Assembly: GCA_043771335.1 (NCBI GenBank)
Contig: JAYVHM010000001.1
Span: 92,901-156,900 of the forward strand
Direction: 5' to 3'
Source of the DNA: a bacterium
Lineage (GTDB): Bacteria > Patescibacteriota > Minisyncoccia > Phycocordibacterales > UBA5272
Length of the DNA stretch: 64,000 bases
Part shown: piece by piece, positions 1-10,668 of the stretch
How the letters are laid out: each line of letters opens with the position of its first letter
Numbering within the stretch: the first letter of the stretch is position 1
Notes under the pieces: model-generated
What the model was told of the DNA's origin: nothing
Databases searched by the model: none
What the model saw: only the letters and a program-made list of their open reading frames with translations
Position numbers and translations under genes: made by a program

Positions 1-82
1 AATACCAATTATTATTAGTATTTAATAAATAAAAATACACACAGAAAAAAACCCAAATTTAAAATTTAGGTTTTTTCTATGT

Positions 83-88
83 TATAAT
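83..88 (+). promoter_or_regulatory. Extended -10 element (TGtTATAAT) upstream of the 106 ORF
   Basis: tatgTTATAATtat lies 17 nt before the ATG at 106. Confidence 0.35.
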
Positions 89-105
89 TATAAAAGAATA
101 AAAAT

Positions 106-1278
106 ATGTTAGACAAAAATAAAAAGAAACATTTACTAATGATTAGTTTTATAATATCCATACTCTATGCCCTACACTTTGCGATACCGTTATATGTTAC
201 CTCTACTTATTTAGCTAATTTTATACAGACTTCTTATATTGGTATTGTCTACAGCTTTATGGGACTGTTTTCATTTTTGTTAAGTATGTATTTGGGTAGA
301 TTTGTAAAGAAATATCATAGCTATAACACGTCACTATTAATTTTGCTTATTGGCTTCGTCTCTACCCTTAGCCTATCTTTTCTTACAGAAACCTGGATGA
401 TTGTTGTAGCTTTTGTGCTCAGTAATACTTGTAGTTTTTTATTCTTTTCTATACTTAACTTTTTTATCGAGGAGTTCGACAGTGATGGTGAGACTGGTGA
501 GACGCGTGGTATATTTTTAACACTTATGAATGTAGGTATCTTATTTGCAGCCTTATCTGCTGGACAGATATTATCACTATATTCTTTTTCTGTATTATGG
601 ACCATAAGTGCTGCATGTCTTATTCCTATCATGTTCCTAATAAGACACAACTATGCACATATTCCTGATCCAAAATTTAGAAATCCAAGCATGTTATCAG
701 CAGTTAAGCATGTGATGCATAACAAAAATATTTTTGCTGTTTTCTTAGCTCTACTATCTTTAGAATGTTTTTTTGTAACAATGTCCATATATGCACCTAC
801 AGTATTAAAGAATAACTTAGACATAAGTTTAGAGACATACTTATCTTTTATATTACCTTTTGCTCTTATTCCTTTTGTTGTCTTTCCTTATCAGCTCGGA
901 GTAATAGCAGATAAAAGATATGGAGAAAAAGAGATGCTAGTTATCGGTATTATAATGTTAATTATAATAGGTATAGTTTTTCCAAATATAAGTAATGTCA
1001 GCATGCTTACCGTTGCTCTATTTTTATTTATTTCTCGTATAGCTGCATCTCTAGTTGAGAGTATGTGCACTATTTATTTTTATAAAAAAGTAAATGCGGG
1101 GGAGATTTCTATTATCGCTCTTTTTAGCAGCATCAGAGTTATAGCATACATCATAATGCCACTCTTTTCTTCTGTTATATTATATTCCGGATTATCTATT
1201 GCTTATATATTTTACTTTCTAGCCTTAATGATGATCTACTCACTATACAAATTAAAAAACTTAGTAGATACAAAATAA
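106..1278 (+). CDS. Polytopic membrane transporter, MFS-like (about 12 TM)
   Basis: 390 aa with alternating hydrophobic helices and no soluble domain. Confidence 0.45.
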   Translation: MLDKNKKKHLLMISFIISILYALHFAIPLYVTSTYLANFIQTSYIGIVYSFMGLFSFLLSMYLGRFVKKYHSYNTSLLILLIGFVSTLSLSFLTETWMIVVAFVLSNTCSFLFFSILNFFIEEFDSDGETGETRGIFLTLMNVGILFAALSAGQILSLYSFSVLWTISAACLIPIMFLIRHNYAHIPDPKFRNPSMLSAVKHVMHNKNIFAVFLALLSLECFFVTMSIYAPTVLKNNLDISLETYLSFILPFALIPFVVFPYQLGVIADKRYGEKEMLVIGIIMLIIIGIVFPNISNVSMLTVALFLFISRIAASLVESMCTIYFYKKVNAGEISIIALFSSIRVIAYIIMPLFSSVILYSGLSIAYIFYFLALMMIYSLYKLKNLVDTK

Positions 1279-1315
1279 GCTTGCCAAATAGTATATTTTA
1301 TGATATTATATACAG

Positions 1316-1987
1316 ATGAAAATAACAATCACGAAAGAAAATAGAATCAACAAAGCTCTGCAAGAAACAGGCTTTTATTCTCGTCGTGAAGCCGACCGTC
1401 TTGTCGAATCAAGGAAAGTTCATATTAATGGAGAAAGAGCTGTCCTGGGTCAAATATTAAAGATTGGAGACGAGCTAGAGGTGCGTGCTGGCTCAGACTA
1501 TATAACAAAAGAACTTCGCTATGCCCTGTATAATAAACCAATAGGTGAAGTTACCGAAGTTAAAAATTCTGAAGGATTAAAAGATTTACATCCAGTAGGA
1601 AGATTAGATAAGGAGTCAGAAGGACTCTTGATGTATACTAATGACCCGACTTTAACAGAAGAGATGCTAAACCCTGAAAATAAAATAGAAAAAGAATACA
1701 GAGTAAAGACTAGAGAGAAAATGACACCGCGAGTAGAGAAAATAATGCTTAGTGGTATGTATACCCAAGAAGCGCAATATGCTCCGGCTAAAAAAGTAAC
1801 TATTGAAGATGGTGGTCACTACGTTAATGTAACATTAATAGAAGGTAAAAAGCATGAGATACGCAGAATGTTAAACGCTTTGAATATAACCATTGTAAGT
1901 CTTCGCAGAATCAGAATACATAATATGAGATTAGGTGCGATGAAGCCTGGATCATTTAAGAAAATAGAAAGGCCTGATCTAAGTTAA
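1316..1987 (+). CDS. Pseudouridine synthase, RsuA/RluB family
   Basis: N-terminal S4 domain (RINKALQETGFYSRREADRLV) and catalytic HPVGRLDKESEGLL motif. Confidence 0.8.
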   Translation: MKITITKENRINKALQETGFYSRREADRLVESRKVHINGERAVLGQILKIGDELEVRAGSDYITKELRYALYNKPIGEVTEVKNSEGLKDLHPVGRLDKESEGLLMYTNDPTLTEEMLNPENKIEKEYRVKTREKMTPRVEKIMLSGMYTQEAQYAPAKKVTIEDGGHYVNVTLIEGKKHEIRRMLNALNITIVSLRRIRIHNMRLGAMKPGSFKKIERPDLS

Positions 1988-2000
1988 AAATAAAATAATA

Positions 2001-2037
2001 GGCGACACCAAAGGTGTCGCCTATTATTTTATTTTTA
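2001..2037. terminator. Rho-independent terminator hairpin (GGCGACACC-aaa-GGTGTCGCC) between convergent genes
   Basis: Perfect 9-bp GC-rich stem with A- and T-runs on both sides, so it could act bidirectionally. Confidence 0.6.
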
Positions 2038-2038
2038 A

Positions 2039-2110
2039 CTATTTCTTAGCTACTACTTTCTTTGCTTTTTTAGTTTCTTTTCTGTGTAAATCTCTTCCTT
2101 GTTTTGACAT
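2039..2110 (-). CDS. Tiny basic ORF (MSKQGRDLHRKETKKAKKVVAKK, 23 aa)
   Basis: ATG to stop, ending directly at the terminator hairpin; no recognisable SD; below the ORF-track size cutoff. Confidence 0.2.
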   Translation of the reverse strand: MSKQGRDLHRKETKKAKKVVAKK

Positions 2111-2157
2111 ATTTTATTTTTTAATATTCTTTTTCTTTTAATACTTTTATACATTAA

Positions 2158-3252
2158 TTATATTATATTTTTTATCTTAAAAATAATCTTATCCACAATA
2201 GAAAGAACAATACTTTTCTTTCTTCTTTTTACATTTATAGCTTTTCCATTTTTATCTAAATTATTCTTTATGTAATCTAAAACTTTTGTCTCGACTTCAG
2301 AATAAGTATTAGTATCAAAAAGTTTTTCACGTAATTCTTTTGCCCCATCAAAGCCATTTACATATGCTTTGTAATGCTTCTTCATAATAGAAAAACTTTT
2401 AATGTCACTTAATTTTTCTTCAAAGAGTTTTGTATGTTCTAACATAATTTCTAATTTTTCTTTTAAATTATATTCTAAATTATTTTTATATCTCTCTACA
2501 TTGAATAACCACGGGGTTCCAAAAACTCCTCGACCTATCATTGCTCCATCGAAATTATATTTTTCATATAATTCATTACTTTGTTTTAAACTTTTAATAT
2601 CACCATTAATAATTAAAATAGTTTCTGGAGAAAGTTTTCTTACTAACTCTTGTATCTCATTTATAAGTTCAAAATGTGCTGGGACGAGTGACATTTCTTT
2701 TTTAGTTCTAAGATGTACTGTGAGAACTGGAATGTTACATTCTAATATTTTTGGTAGCCATTCTGTATACTCTATTTTATTAAAACCTATTCTTGTCTTT
2801 ACTGAAACTGGTATTTTACCTTCTACCCCTCTCTGTGCTGCACGTATAATTTCTTGTGCTAAGTCTGGAGTAGTTATTAGCTTTGCTCCTGCACCCTGAT
2901 TACCGATGGTCACAACTGGACATCCCATGTTAATATCTACTCCATCAAATCCTAACTCTAGGCACAGCTTTGCAGCACCTTCCATATTTTCTGGAACACT
3001 AGTGAAAAGCTGCGCTACCACTGGGCGCTCTGCTTCATTATACTCGAGGTCCCTCTTTAACACTTCGCGCCCAGCACTCATGAGCCCATTACAAGACACA
3101 AACTCAGTCCAGGTTACGTCAGGCTTACCATATTTTGCTATCATATAACGAAATGCCACGTCAGTTACATCCGCCATAGGAGCTAATGTATATATTGGTC
3201 TATTTTCTTTTTTGGCTTTTTCATATACCTCTGCCCAAAATCCTTTTATCAT
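2158..3252 (-). CDS. dus: tRNA-dihydrouridine synthase
   Basis: LAPMADVTD and DINMGCP motifs of the Dus TIM barrel. Confidence 0.85.
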   Translation of the reverse strand: MIKGFWAEVYEKAKKENRPIYTLAPMADVTDVAFRYMIAKYGKPDVTWTEFVSCNGLMSAGREVLKRDLEYNEAERPVVAQLFTSVPENMEGAAKLCLELGFDGVDINMGCPVVTIGNQGAGAKLITTPDLAQEIIRAAQRGVEGKIPVSVKTRIGFNKIEYTEWLPKILECNIPVLTVHLRTKKEMSLVPAHFELINEIQELVRKLSPETILIINGDIKSLKQSNELYEKYNFDGAMIGRGVFGTPWLFNVERYKNNLEYNLKEKLEIMLEHTKLFEEKLSDIKSFSIMKKHYKAYVNGFDGAKELREKLFDTNTYSEVETKVLDYIKNNLDKNGKAINVKRRKKSIVLSIVDKIIFKIKNII

Positions 3253-3257
3253 ATTTT

Positions 3258-4505
3258 TTAATTCTTAATTTTAAAAGATTTTCTAATCAGGGTTAGACCA
3301 ACCATCGCAACCATCGCAAGAAAAATCAAATTACCCCTGTACTGGACCTGAACTCCAAAAGATGAAAGCAGGAAGAATATAACTATCCAAATAATAGGTC
3401 CAAAAATAGTTGCAGCTCTTTCAAAAATTATGAACGCACTAAAATACATGGCCTGTGAATCTTTTGGTATTATACTAGAATATATAGACCTAGCGAGTGG
3501 GAAGAATAGTCCATATGCAATTCCGGCAAAGATAAGTGTAGTAAATACAAAATAGATATTAGTTGGAGATAGCGCGAAACATAAAAAAGCAAAGACATAT
3601 ACAACTCCTCCAATCAGTAATAATTTATTTTTGTTCTCAAATTTATTAACATATCTCCCAAGAAACATGCAAGTAGAAAAAAGTGCCAGCAAGCTGATTG
3701 CTCCACCTATACTCGTCATTTTATCTGTAAACCCAAAAACATTTTTCATATATAATGATAAGTAAACCTGAAGCGTAGATATAGAATCTGCTACTAGCAT
3801 ATACCCTATTAAAAAATACAAAACTTTTTTATTTTCTTTTATCTTTAATAAAAACTTTTTATAAGAAAAAAATTCTAAATTTTTATTAATTAATCCCCCT
3901 TTGTAGTTAAAAGAACTAGAAAATAGAAATGGATACGCTAAAAATAAAAATATAAAGGCTCCTAAAAATATTGCAAGGCTTTTATCGAAAAGCCCAAACA
4001 GTGTGACACCAGAACCAATAATAAGTGCACCCATCAATCCTATACTAATGGCATTGCCCAGCTGACCTATACCTAATCCAAAACTAGAGACTTTATTTTT
4101 GTCTGATCCTTCATTTTCAAAATCTTGCATCATAGCTGAATAAAAAACATAAGAACCCTGAAAAGATATTTGAAATATTATATACAAAACCGAAAGTATG
4201 GCAAGTGTTGTAAAACTAAATACTTCATTAGTATTTGAGATAAATGCTAATAATAACAAAGAGAGAGACATTACAAAAGAAGATATCTTAATATATAAAA
4301 TTCTTTTAGACTTAGAAATGTCTGCACTATTCCCTAGTTTTGGATAAAAACTTAAAAGTATAATAGTTGAAATGACGACAGAGATTCCAATCCATGTGTC
4401 ACTAGCCCCTTTTTCAGAAAGTAAAAGTGGAAAGAAGAATACTATAACAGATGATGCAAAAGAATTTGCAAAATCATACAGATACCACAGTTTTATTTTG
4501 GACAT
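3258..4505 (-). CDS. Polytopic membrane transporter, MFS-like
   Basis: About 12 TM helices. Start moved to MSKIKLW because the ORF-track N-terminus (LCYN) reads through a TGTGTTATAAT promoter at 4521..4531. Confidence 0.45.
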   Translation of the reverse strand: MSKIKLWYLYDFANSFASSVIVFFFPLLLSEKGASDTWIGISVVISTIILLSFYPKLGNSADISKSKRILYIKISSFVMSLSLLLLAFISNTNEVFSFTTLAILSVLYIIFQISFQGSYVFYSAMMQDFENEGSDKNKVSSFGLGIGQLGNAISIGLMGALIIGSGVTLFGLFDKSLAIFLGAFIFLFLAYPFLFSSSFNYKGGLINKNLEFFSYKKFLLKIKENKKVLYFLIGYMLVADSISTLQVYLSLYMKNVFGFTDKMTSIGGAISLLALFSTCMFLGRYVNKFENKNKLLLIGGVVYVFAFLCFALSPTNIYFVFTTLIFAGIAYGLFFPLARSIYSSIIPKDSQAMYFSAFIIFERAATIFGPIIWIVIFFLLSSFGVQVQYRGNLIFLAMVAMVGLTLIRKSFKIKN

Positions 4506-4520
4506 ATTTTTATTAGGACA

Positions 4521-4531
4521 ATTATAACACA
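4521..4531 (-). promoter_or_regulatory. Extended -10 promoter TGTGTTATAAT
   Basis: Reverse complement of attataacaca; ATG at 4505, 15 nt downstream. Confidence 0.4.
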
Positions 4532-4540
4532 AAAACGACA

Positions 4541-5134
4541 TTAAATCGCTTCTGTGCTAGTTGCGGCTACCGCTGAATAATCTTCTTTTAGCTTATAAAA
4601 AACTTTTGCATCAAATCGAAGATCTATGTATTCTAATTTTTTACCTTTTTTAATTAGAGATTCTAATTCATTACTCATATATACACTAACAAAATTAACC
4701 CAGGCATTCTCTAAATTATCTTTGATTTTTAATTTTATATCAAAATTAGACATCTTTTGTATATTTACTCTTGCCTTACTTTTAACGTCTTGAGATACAT
4801 TAAAAATAATTTGATTGCTTGTAGTTGAGGTTTTTATTTCTAAAGTTTCCAAATCTATTTTTTTTAATTTATTCACAAAAAGACTTAGCCATAATTTATC
4901 TTCGTAACTTAGAACCCTCCCCCCTATTGTAGTTGGTAATATTATTTCTTCTTTTTTGTTAACATACTCTACATAATTCTTATTAAAAATCTCTCCCCAT
5001 TTTATTATTTTAAATACACCATAAATTATAACCAAAACCATAAATACCCACATAGAGACTTTTAAAAAGTATTTTAATTTGATTTTAAAATTTTCTATTA
5101 TGTCGCTAATATCATGATTGCTCTTTATTTTCAT
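4541..5134 (-). CDS. Hypothetical N-terminally membrane-anchored protein
   Basis: 197 aa with a single TM (VSMWVFMVLVIIYGVF) and no recognisable motif. Confidence 0.35.
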   Translation of the reverse strand: MKIKSNHDISDIIENFKIKLKYFLKVSMWVFMVLVIIYGVFKIIKWGEIFNKNYVEYVNKKEEIILPTTIGGRVLSYEDKLWLSLFVNKLKKIDLETLEIKTSTTSNQIIFNVSQDVKSKARVNIQKMSNFDIKLKIKDNLENAWVNFVSVYMSNELESLIKKGKKLEYIDLRFDAKVFYKLKEDYSAVAATSTEAI

Positions 5135-5193
5135 TTGTTTTTAATTATTTTTTATACAACATTTTTATGTTATAATGCTATTAATATAATAAC

Positions 5194-6735
5194 ATGAAAT
5201 TAAAGATTTTTAACACTCAAAGTAGACAAGAAGAGGATTTTATACCTATCAATGAAAAAGAAATCCAATTATATTCTTGTGGCCCTACTGTCTATCATTA
5301 TCAGCATCTTGGGAATATGCGCTCTTTTGTCTTTGCAGATATTTTGAATAATACCCTATCTGCCCTGTATCCAGAATCTGAGATTACTCATGTTATAAAT
5401 ATAACAGATGTTGGTCACTTAGTCGGTGATGGCAATGACGGTGAGGACAAGATGGAAAAAGGAAGCAAGAGAACAGGTAAAACTACTTGGGAAATATCAA
5501 AATATTACACTGAAGACTTTTTACAATGCCTCAACGCATTAAATATTGGAGACAATGAATACATAAAATCAAAAGTAAAAGATGGAGAGATTTACACAGT
5601 AGAGAATTATAAAAAAGAAAAAATAATTAGTGACAAATATACTTTTGTACGTGCCACTGATTATATAAAAGAACAAATAGACCTCATTAAAAAATTAGAA
5701 GAAAAAGGTTACACTTATGCAACTAGTGATGGTATTTATTTTGATACTAGTAAATATGCTAAGTATGCGGATTTTGCAAAATTAAATGTAAAAGGATTAG
5801 AAAGTGGAAAGAGAGTTGAGGATGTTAATGGTGAAAAGAAAAATATTACAGACTTTGCCTTGTGGAAATTTTCTCCAAAGGATGAGACAAGACAAATGGA
5901 GTGGGAGTCGCCATGGGGAATAGGATTTCCAGGTTGGCACATAGAATGCTCTGCCATGAGTGAGGCGATACTAGGTAAGAATTTTGATATACACACAGGT
6001 GGTATAGACCATATACCGGTGCATCATACAAATGAGATAGCTCAGAGTGTCTGCGCTCATAGTGGTGAGAATACAGAAAATAAATTTGTAAATTATTGGA
6101 TGCATAATAACTTTTTAAATGATGCAAGTGGCAAGATGGCTAAGAGCAACGATGATTTTTTGAGACTGGAAACTTTAACTGACAAAGATTATGACCCTTC
6201 AGCTTATAGATATTTATTATTAACTACTAATTACAGAAAAGAATTAGAATTCTCTTATGAATCTCTTGATGCTGCGAGTAATGCATTAAAGAAGTTACAA
6301 AAGTATATGCATGAAGCAGCAAAAAATGTAGATAATATTATTGACGCTACAAAATATAGAATAAATGAAGATTGGTATAATAAATTTCTAGAGGCAATGT
6401 GTGAGGATTTGAACACTAGTCGCGCACTTGCTGTTATGTGGGAGCTGATAAATCTTGAAAAAGAAAATAATAAATTAGTAGAAAGTTCAGAAAAAAATGA
6501 AAACAAAAACAAATCAGAGTCTCTACATGTCTACTCTACCATACTTAAAATGAACAAAGTTCTGGGTCTTAATTTATCTTTTTCAAAAGATGTAAATGAG
6601 TTAAGTCATGAAGACCAAGAGATAGTCGATGATTTATTTGCAAAAAGAAAAGCCGCCCGTGAGTCAAAAGACTGGGCGACTAGTGATGACCTCCGCGAAC
6701 AAATCAAAGCCTTTGGTGTGGAGGTGGTGGATTAA
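5194..6735 (+). CDS. cysS: Cysteine--tRNA ligase
   Basis: CGPTVY..HLGN (HIGH-type), KMAKS (KMSKS-type) and Zn-binding Cys/His; contains an acidic insertion. Confidence 0.9.
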   Translation: MKLKIFNTQSRQEEDFIPINEKEIQLYSCGPTVYHYQHLGNMRSFVFADILNNTLSALYPESEITHVINITDVGHLVGDGNDGEDKMEKGSKRTGKTTWEISKYYTEDFLQCLNALNIGDNEYIKSKVKDGEIYTVENYKKEKIISDKYTFVRATDYIKEQIDLIKKLEEKGYTYATSDGIYFDTSKYAKYADFAKLNVKGLESGKRVEDVNGEKKNITDFALWKFSPKDETRQMEWESPWGIGFPGWHIECSAMSEAILGKNFDIHTGGIDHIPVHHTNEIAQSVCAHSGENTENKFVNYWMHNNFLNDASGKMAKSNDDFLRLETLTDKDYDPSAYRYLLLTTNYRKELEFSYESLDAASNALKKLQKYMHEAAKNVDNIIDATKYRINEDWYNKFLEAMCEDLNTSRALAVMWELINLEKENNKLVESSEKNENKNKSESLHVYSTILKMNKVLGLNLSFSKDVNELSHEDQEIVDDLFAKRKAARESKDWATSDDLREQIKAFGVEVVD

Positions 6736-6737
6736 AA

Positions 6738-9332
6738 TTATTTATTTTTCAAGACTTTCTTCAAATACTTTCCAGTATGCGAGTTTTTATTATTAGCTAC
6801 GTCCTCTGGAGTGCCGTGAGCTACCAAGTTACCACCACCGACTCCACCCTCTGGTCCTATGTCCATGATATAGTCTGCGTTTTTTATAATATCAAGATTA
6901 TGCTCGATAAGCACTACAGTATTACCTTTGTCTACTAATTTATTTAAAATCTCTATAAGCTTTGCAATATCATCATAATGCAGTCCTATAGACGGCTCAT
7001 CTAAAAGATATATAGTTTTTTCTACGTGTGGTCTGTAAAGTTCTGAAGAAATTTTAACTCTTTGAGCCTCTCCTCCTGATAATGTGGTCGCACTTTGGCC
7101 AAGTTTTAAATATCCAAGACCTACGTCATTCATACTTTTAATACGATCATGTATCGCTGGTATATCCTCAAAAAAAGTTAAGGCCTCTTCTACTGTTAGC
7201 TCTAATATTTCATAAATATTTTTCCCTTTCCATTTTACTTCGAGAGTCTCCTTCATGAATCTCTTACCATTACAAACATCACAAGTCACATATACTGTTG
7301 GCAGGAAATGCATCTCCACAGCTATCTCACCATTACCGTCACATGCCTCACAGCGACCACCAGGAACATTAAAAGAGAATCGGCCAGCTTTCCACCCACG
7401 TAGTCTCGCCTCCTCTGTCTCACAGAAAATATCACGTATATGACCCCATGCTCCGGTATAAGTTGCTGGATTAGACCTTGGTGTTCTACCTATTGCAGAC
7501 TGATCTATTAAAACTAAACGTGATAAATATTCAGAGCCGGTAAAACTTTCACAGTTAAATGTCTTTGCACTTCTCTGTCTTTTTTCTAATCTAGCTTCTA
7601 GATTTCTATTTATTACTTCATACATAAGAGTAGACTTTCCAGATCCAGAGACACCAGTAATCACACTCATAACTTTTAGTGGGACTTTTACATCCATATT
7701 TTTAATATTAAAAGCATTCGCACCTTTTATTATTAATTCACCATGTTTTTCACGTCTATTTTTGCTATAAGGTATAGACACCTCACCACGAAGATAAGCA
7801 AGTGTTCTTGATTTTGATTTATTAGTTTTTGCAGTGAGCAAGTCTTCTAGATAATCAGCAACTATAACCTGACCACCATGCACTCCTGCCGCTGGACCAA
7901 TCTCAACCATAAAATCGCTGGCAAAAATAGTGTCTTCATCATGCTCAACCACGATAATAGTATTACCCATATCACGTAGCTCAGTTAAAGTTTTTATCAA
8001 TCTATCATTGTCTCTCTGATGTAAGCCAATAGTCGGCTCATCCAATACATATAATGCACCCACTAACTTACTTCCGAGTTGTGAAGCGAGTCTTATTCTC
8101 TGTGCTTCACCACCCGATAGGGTGTCGGCACGCCTGTTAAGTTGCAAATAATTAAGTCCCACATTCAACATAAAAACTAATCTACTTTGTATCTCAGAAA
8201 TTACCACTTTTGCTATTTCTTTTTCTTTGTCAGTTAGATTTAAATTATCAAAATATTTTCTAGCATCCTCAATAGACAAGTCAGTAACATCTACTATATT
8301 TATCTTGTTCTCATCATCAAGAAAAACATTGAGCGCTTCTTTTCTTAGTCTCTTTCCATTACAATCTTCACATGGGTCCAGTGCTCCCATGTACTTTACA
8401 CCGAGACCATTACAAGACACACATGCCCCATAAGGTGAGTTAAAAGAAAATAATCTCGGCTCTATCTCAGGAAAAGAAAATCCACAATTAGCACAAGAAA
8501 ACTTATTGCTCATAATATTTTTCTCACCAAGTATGTCGAACTCTACCAGACCGTCACTCTCTGTTACTGCGCGCTCTACTGCTTCATTTAACCTCATTAA
8601 GGCATCTTTGTTCTTATCTTTTAACTTAAACTCATCTATTGCTATCTCATCTACTATTAGTGATATTTCATGTTTTTTATTTTTATCCATTTCTATTCTC
8701 TCACGCAGACTTTTTCTCTCACCATCAATCATAATCTCAGTGTAACCTTTTCCTAAAAAGTCGTACAACATCTGATAATGCTCACCTTTTCTGCCACGTA
8801 TTATAGGAGAAAGTATCACTACATTTTTATGAGAAAACTCTACCCCCATCACAGACTTTTTTATATCTTCGTATTTTACTTTTTTGATTTTCTCTAATAC
8901 AAAGTTGATAATCTCTTCATTACTTAATCTCTGTATTTTACTTCCACAGTCCACACAGTATGGCTTGCCGACACGAGCATACAAAACTCTCAAGTAGTCA
9001 TATATCTCAGTGATGGTCGCAACTGTCGAGCGGGGATTTCTGCCTGCTGATTTCTGATCTATTGATATTGCTGGTGACAGGCCGACTATCTCATCTACGT
9101 CAGGCTTTTGCATTTGATTTAAAAATTGTCTAGCATAAGCGCTCAGACTCTCTACATACCTCCTCTGACCTTCAGCAAAAATAGTATCAAAAGCAAGTGA
9201 AGATTTTCCGCTACCAGAAAGGCCAGTAAAAACAATCATTTTATTCCTTGGCAATTCTACTGTTATATTTTTTAGATTATGTGTGCGGGCACCACGAACT
9301 ATTATCTTTTCTATTTCTTTACTCTTACTCAT
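6738..9332 (-). CDS. uvrA: Excinuclease ABC subunit A
   Basis: Two ABC modules ([23 protein letters not shown] x2) and Zn-finger Cys pairs. Start at MSKSKEIEK; the MLYNLY N-terminus in the track comes from reading through the promoter -10. Confidence 0.9.
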   Translation of the reverse strand: MSKSKEIEKIIVRGARTHNLKNITVELPRNKMIVFTGLSGSGKSSLAFDTIFAEGQRRYVESLSAYARQFLNQMQKPDVDEIVGLSPAISIDQKSAGRNPRSTVATITEIYDYLRVLYARVGKPYCVDCGSKIQRLSNEEIINFVLEKIKKVKYEDIKKSVMGVEFSHKNVVILSPIIRGRKGEHYQMLYDFLGKGYTEIMIDGERKSLRERIEMDKNKKHEISLIVDEIAIDEFKLKDKNKDALMRLNEAVERAVTESDGLVEFDILGEKNIMSNKFSCANCGFSFPEIEPRLFSFNSPYGACVSCNGLGVKYMGALDPCEDCNGKRLRKEALNVFLDDENKINIVDVTDLSIEDARKYFDNLNLTDKEKEIAKVVISEIQSRLVFMLNVGLNYLQLNRRADTLSGGEAQRIRLASQLGSKLVGALYVLDEPTIGLHQRDNDRLIKTLTELRDMGNTIIVVEHDEDTIFASDFMVEIGPAAGVHGGQVIVADYLEDLLTAKTNKSKSRTLAYLRGEVSIPYSKNRREKHGELIIKGANAFNIKNMDVKVPLKVMSVITGVSGSGKSTLMYEVINRNLEARLEKRQRSAKTFNCESFTGSEYLSRLVLIDQSAIGRTPRSNPATYTGAWGHIRDIFCETEEARLRGWKAGRFSFNVPGGRCEACDGNGEIAVEMHFLPTVYVTCDVCNGKRFMKETLEVKWKGKNIYEILELTVEEALTFFEDIPAIHDRIKSMNDVGLGYLKLGQSATTLSGGEAQRVKISSELYRPHVEKTIYLLDEPSIGLHYDDIAKLIEILNKLVDKGNTVVLIEHNLDIIKNADYIMDIGPEGGVGGGNLVAHGTPEDVANNKNSHTGKYLKKVLKNK

Positions 9333-9405
9333 ATTTAGCTTTTTCTTATATAGATTATACAACAAAAAAGACTAATTCACAATACAAAAAATGAGTACAA
9401 ATAAT

Positions 9406-9433
9406 TTGCTTTATTCTATATTATTGCTATAAT
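9406..9433 (+). promoter_or_regulatory. Sigma70-like promoter (TTGCTT-16-TATAAT); ATG 7 nt downstream, so a leaderless transcript
   Basis: TTGCTT at 9406..9411 and TATAAT at 9428..9433; ATG at 9441. Confidence 0.45.
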
Positions 9434-9440
9434 TAGTATT

Positions 9441-9728
9441 ATGTCATTAGAAAAAATAGGTGCATTCACTGAAAACTTAGCAAAATCAATATTTGGAAAG
9501 ACTTTGGAGAGAAAAGATATCTATGAAGCTGGTAATAGCTTTGTAAATAATACGACTAAGAAAAGATTCGTAGTAACTGGAACATTTAATGGTGTAGTAG
9601 AATATGTAGAATTAGACTTAAAAGATCACTTTGAATTTAAAGCCATGGATTTTGTAAGCATAGAAAAAAATAAAACTCCTATGGAGAATTTTGAAAAAAC
9701 GCTCTTAGATCTTGGTTATCAATTATAA
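9441..9728 (+). CDS. Hypothetical small protein (95 aa)
   Basis: Clean ORF with its own promoter and terminator. Confidence 0.4.
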   Translation: MSLEKIGAFTENLAKSIFGKTLERKDIYEAGNSFVNNTTKKRFVVTGTFNGVVEYVELDLKDHFEFKAMDFVSIEKNKTPMENFEKTLLDLGYQL

Positions 9729-9738
9729 TCACTAAAAT

Positions 9739-9780
9739 AAAATAGCGGCGCCTTCGGCGCCGCTATTTTATTTTGTTTTA
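9739..9780 (+). terminator. Rho-independent terminator (AAAATAGCGGCGCC-ttcg-GGCGCCGCTATTTT plus T-run)
   Basis: 14-bp stem, ttcg tetraloop, followed by tttattttg. Confidence 0.75.
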
Positions 9781-9834
9781 AAAGCCTATATAATTACTAA
9801 AGCTGAAACAAAATAATCCTAAAAAATATTTAGA

Positions 9835-10491
9835 TTATTTTACATCAACTGATTTTAATATATCAGATACTTCAGCATTATTTACTGTCGCACTTTCTAC
9901 ATATATTAACCAATCTTTGTTAGTGGCAGTTTTAAGATGCCATTCTGTAGCACCGCTCTCTGCTCTGGTCCATACAGATGATCCGTAATCAGCATTAGCA
10001 GGTGCACTGATATTTGGCACTGATTTTTTAATAGTCTCAGTAACATACTCCTCAGGAGTAGCACCACGTGCACCATTAAAATAAAAATACACAGTCGCAA
10101 CTTTTTCTCCTTTTGCATTATTTACAGTATAAAGATTTGCAGTTTTAGCAGAAGTCGTGACACTGTTCACATCGCTGTAATCAAAAGTAGCTTCTGCATT
10201 ATTATCTCCTTCAAAATTATGTTTTAAAGAAGTGTCAAAAGTCGTAAGGACAGCATTAGTGGTCGTGCTCATGCTATTTTCTATTTTTATGTTAGACATT
10301 TTAGATCTTTTCATAAGGTGCAATGCTCCCTTAGCAATAGCATAACCAAGAGCGAGCCCAAGGACAGCATATAATGCAAGTGATGCATACATTTTCAAAT
10401 TTTTCTTTTCTAAAAGATTCTTAGAATTAGAATTATTATTGTTATTATTATTATTGTTGTTATTATTTGACATATGTTTTAGTGTGTACAC
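9835..10491 (-). CDS. Membrane-anchored or secreted hypothetical protein with an N-terminal poly-Asn tract
   Basis: N13 run followed by TM/signal helix MYASLALYAVLGLALGYAIA. The true start may be the internal Met at about 10392. Confidence 0.4.
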   Translation of the reverse strand: MYTLKHMSNNNNNNNNNNNNSNSKNLLEKKNLKMYASLALYAVLGLALGYAIAKGALHLMKRSKMSNIKIENSMSTTTNAVLTTFDTSLKHNFEGDNNAEATFDYSDVNSVTTSAKTANLYTVNNAKGEKVATVYFYFNGARGATPEEYVTETIKKSVPNISAPANADYGSSVWTRAESGATEWHLKTATNKDWLIYVESATVNNAEVSDILKSVDVK

Positions 10492-10602
10492 ACTGATCAG
10501 ATTACTATGGCTGATCTAATACATATTATATCAAATATTTACTTCAGTTAGTATATTGACAAAGTTTATTTTTATATCAAATATAATAATTATATAAAAT
10601 AA

Positions 10603-10632
10603 AAACACTAGATTTAATTAAAAGTCTAGTGT
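10603..10632 (-). terminator. Hairpin terminator downstream of the ndk-like gene
   Basis: AACACTAGA-12nt-TCTAGTGTT followed by a T-run on the minus strand. Confidence 0.5.
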
Positions 10633-10668
10633 TGATTTCACTTTTTATTTAGAAGTAATCCCTTTAAA

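Noticed and set aside
321-650. Numerous 60-165-aa ORFs antisense to or nested within long genes, for example 321..650, 2402..2899, 2906..3148, 5736..6127, 7255..7443, 8227..8745, 10674..11179, 11799..12224, 27296..27541, 33861..34240, 50016..51641 and 59047..59277
   Set aside because: They lie inside confidently identified genes on the opposite strand or in another frame. They are low-complexity and have no start context, so they are typical shadow ORFs of an AT-rich genome.
5194-6735. A T-box or other riboswitch leader upstream of cysS or lysS
   Set aside because: The upstream intergenic regions are only about 60-80 nt, too short for a T-box. No specifier or antiterminator pattern was seen.
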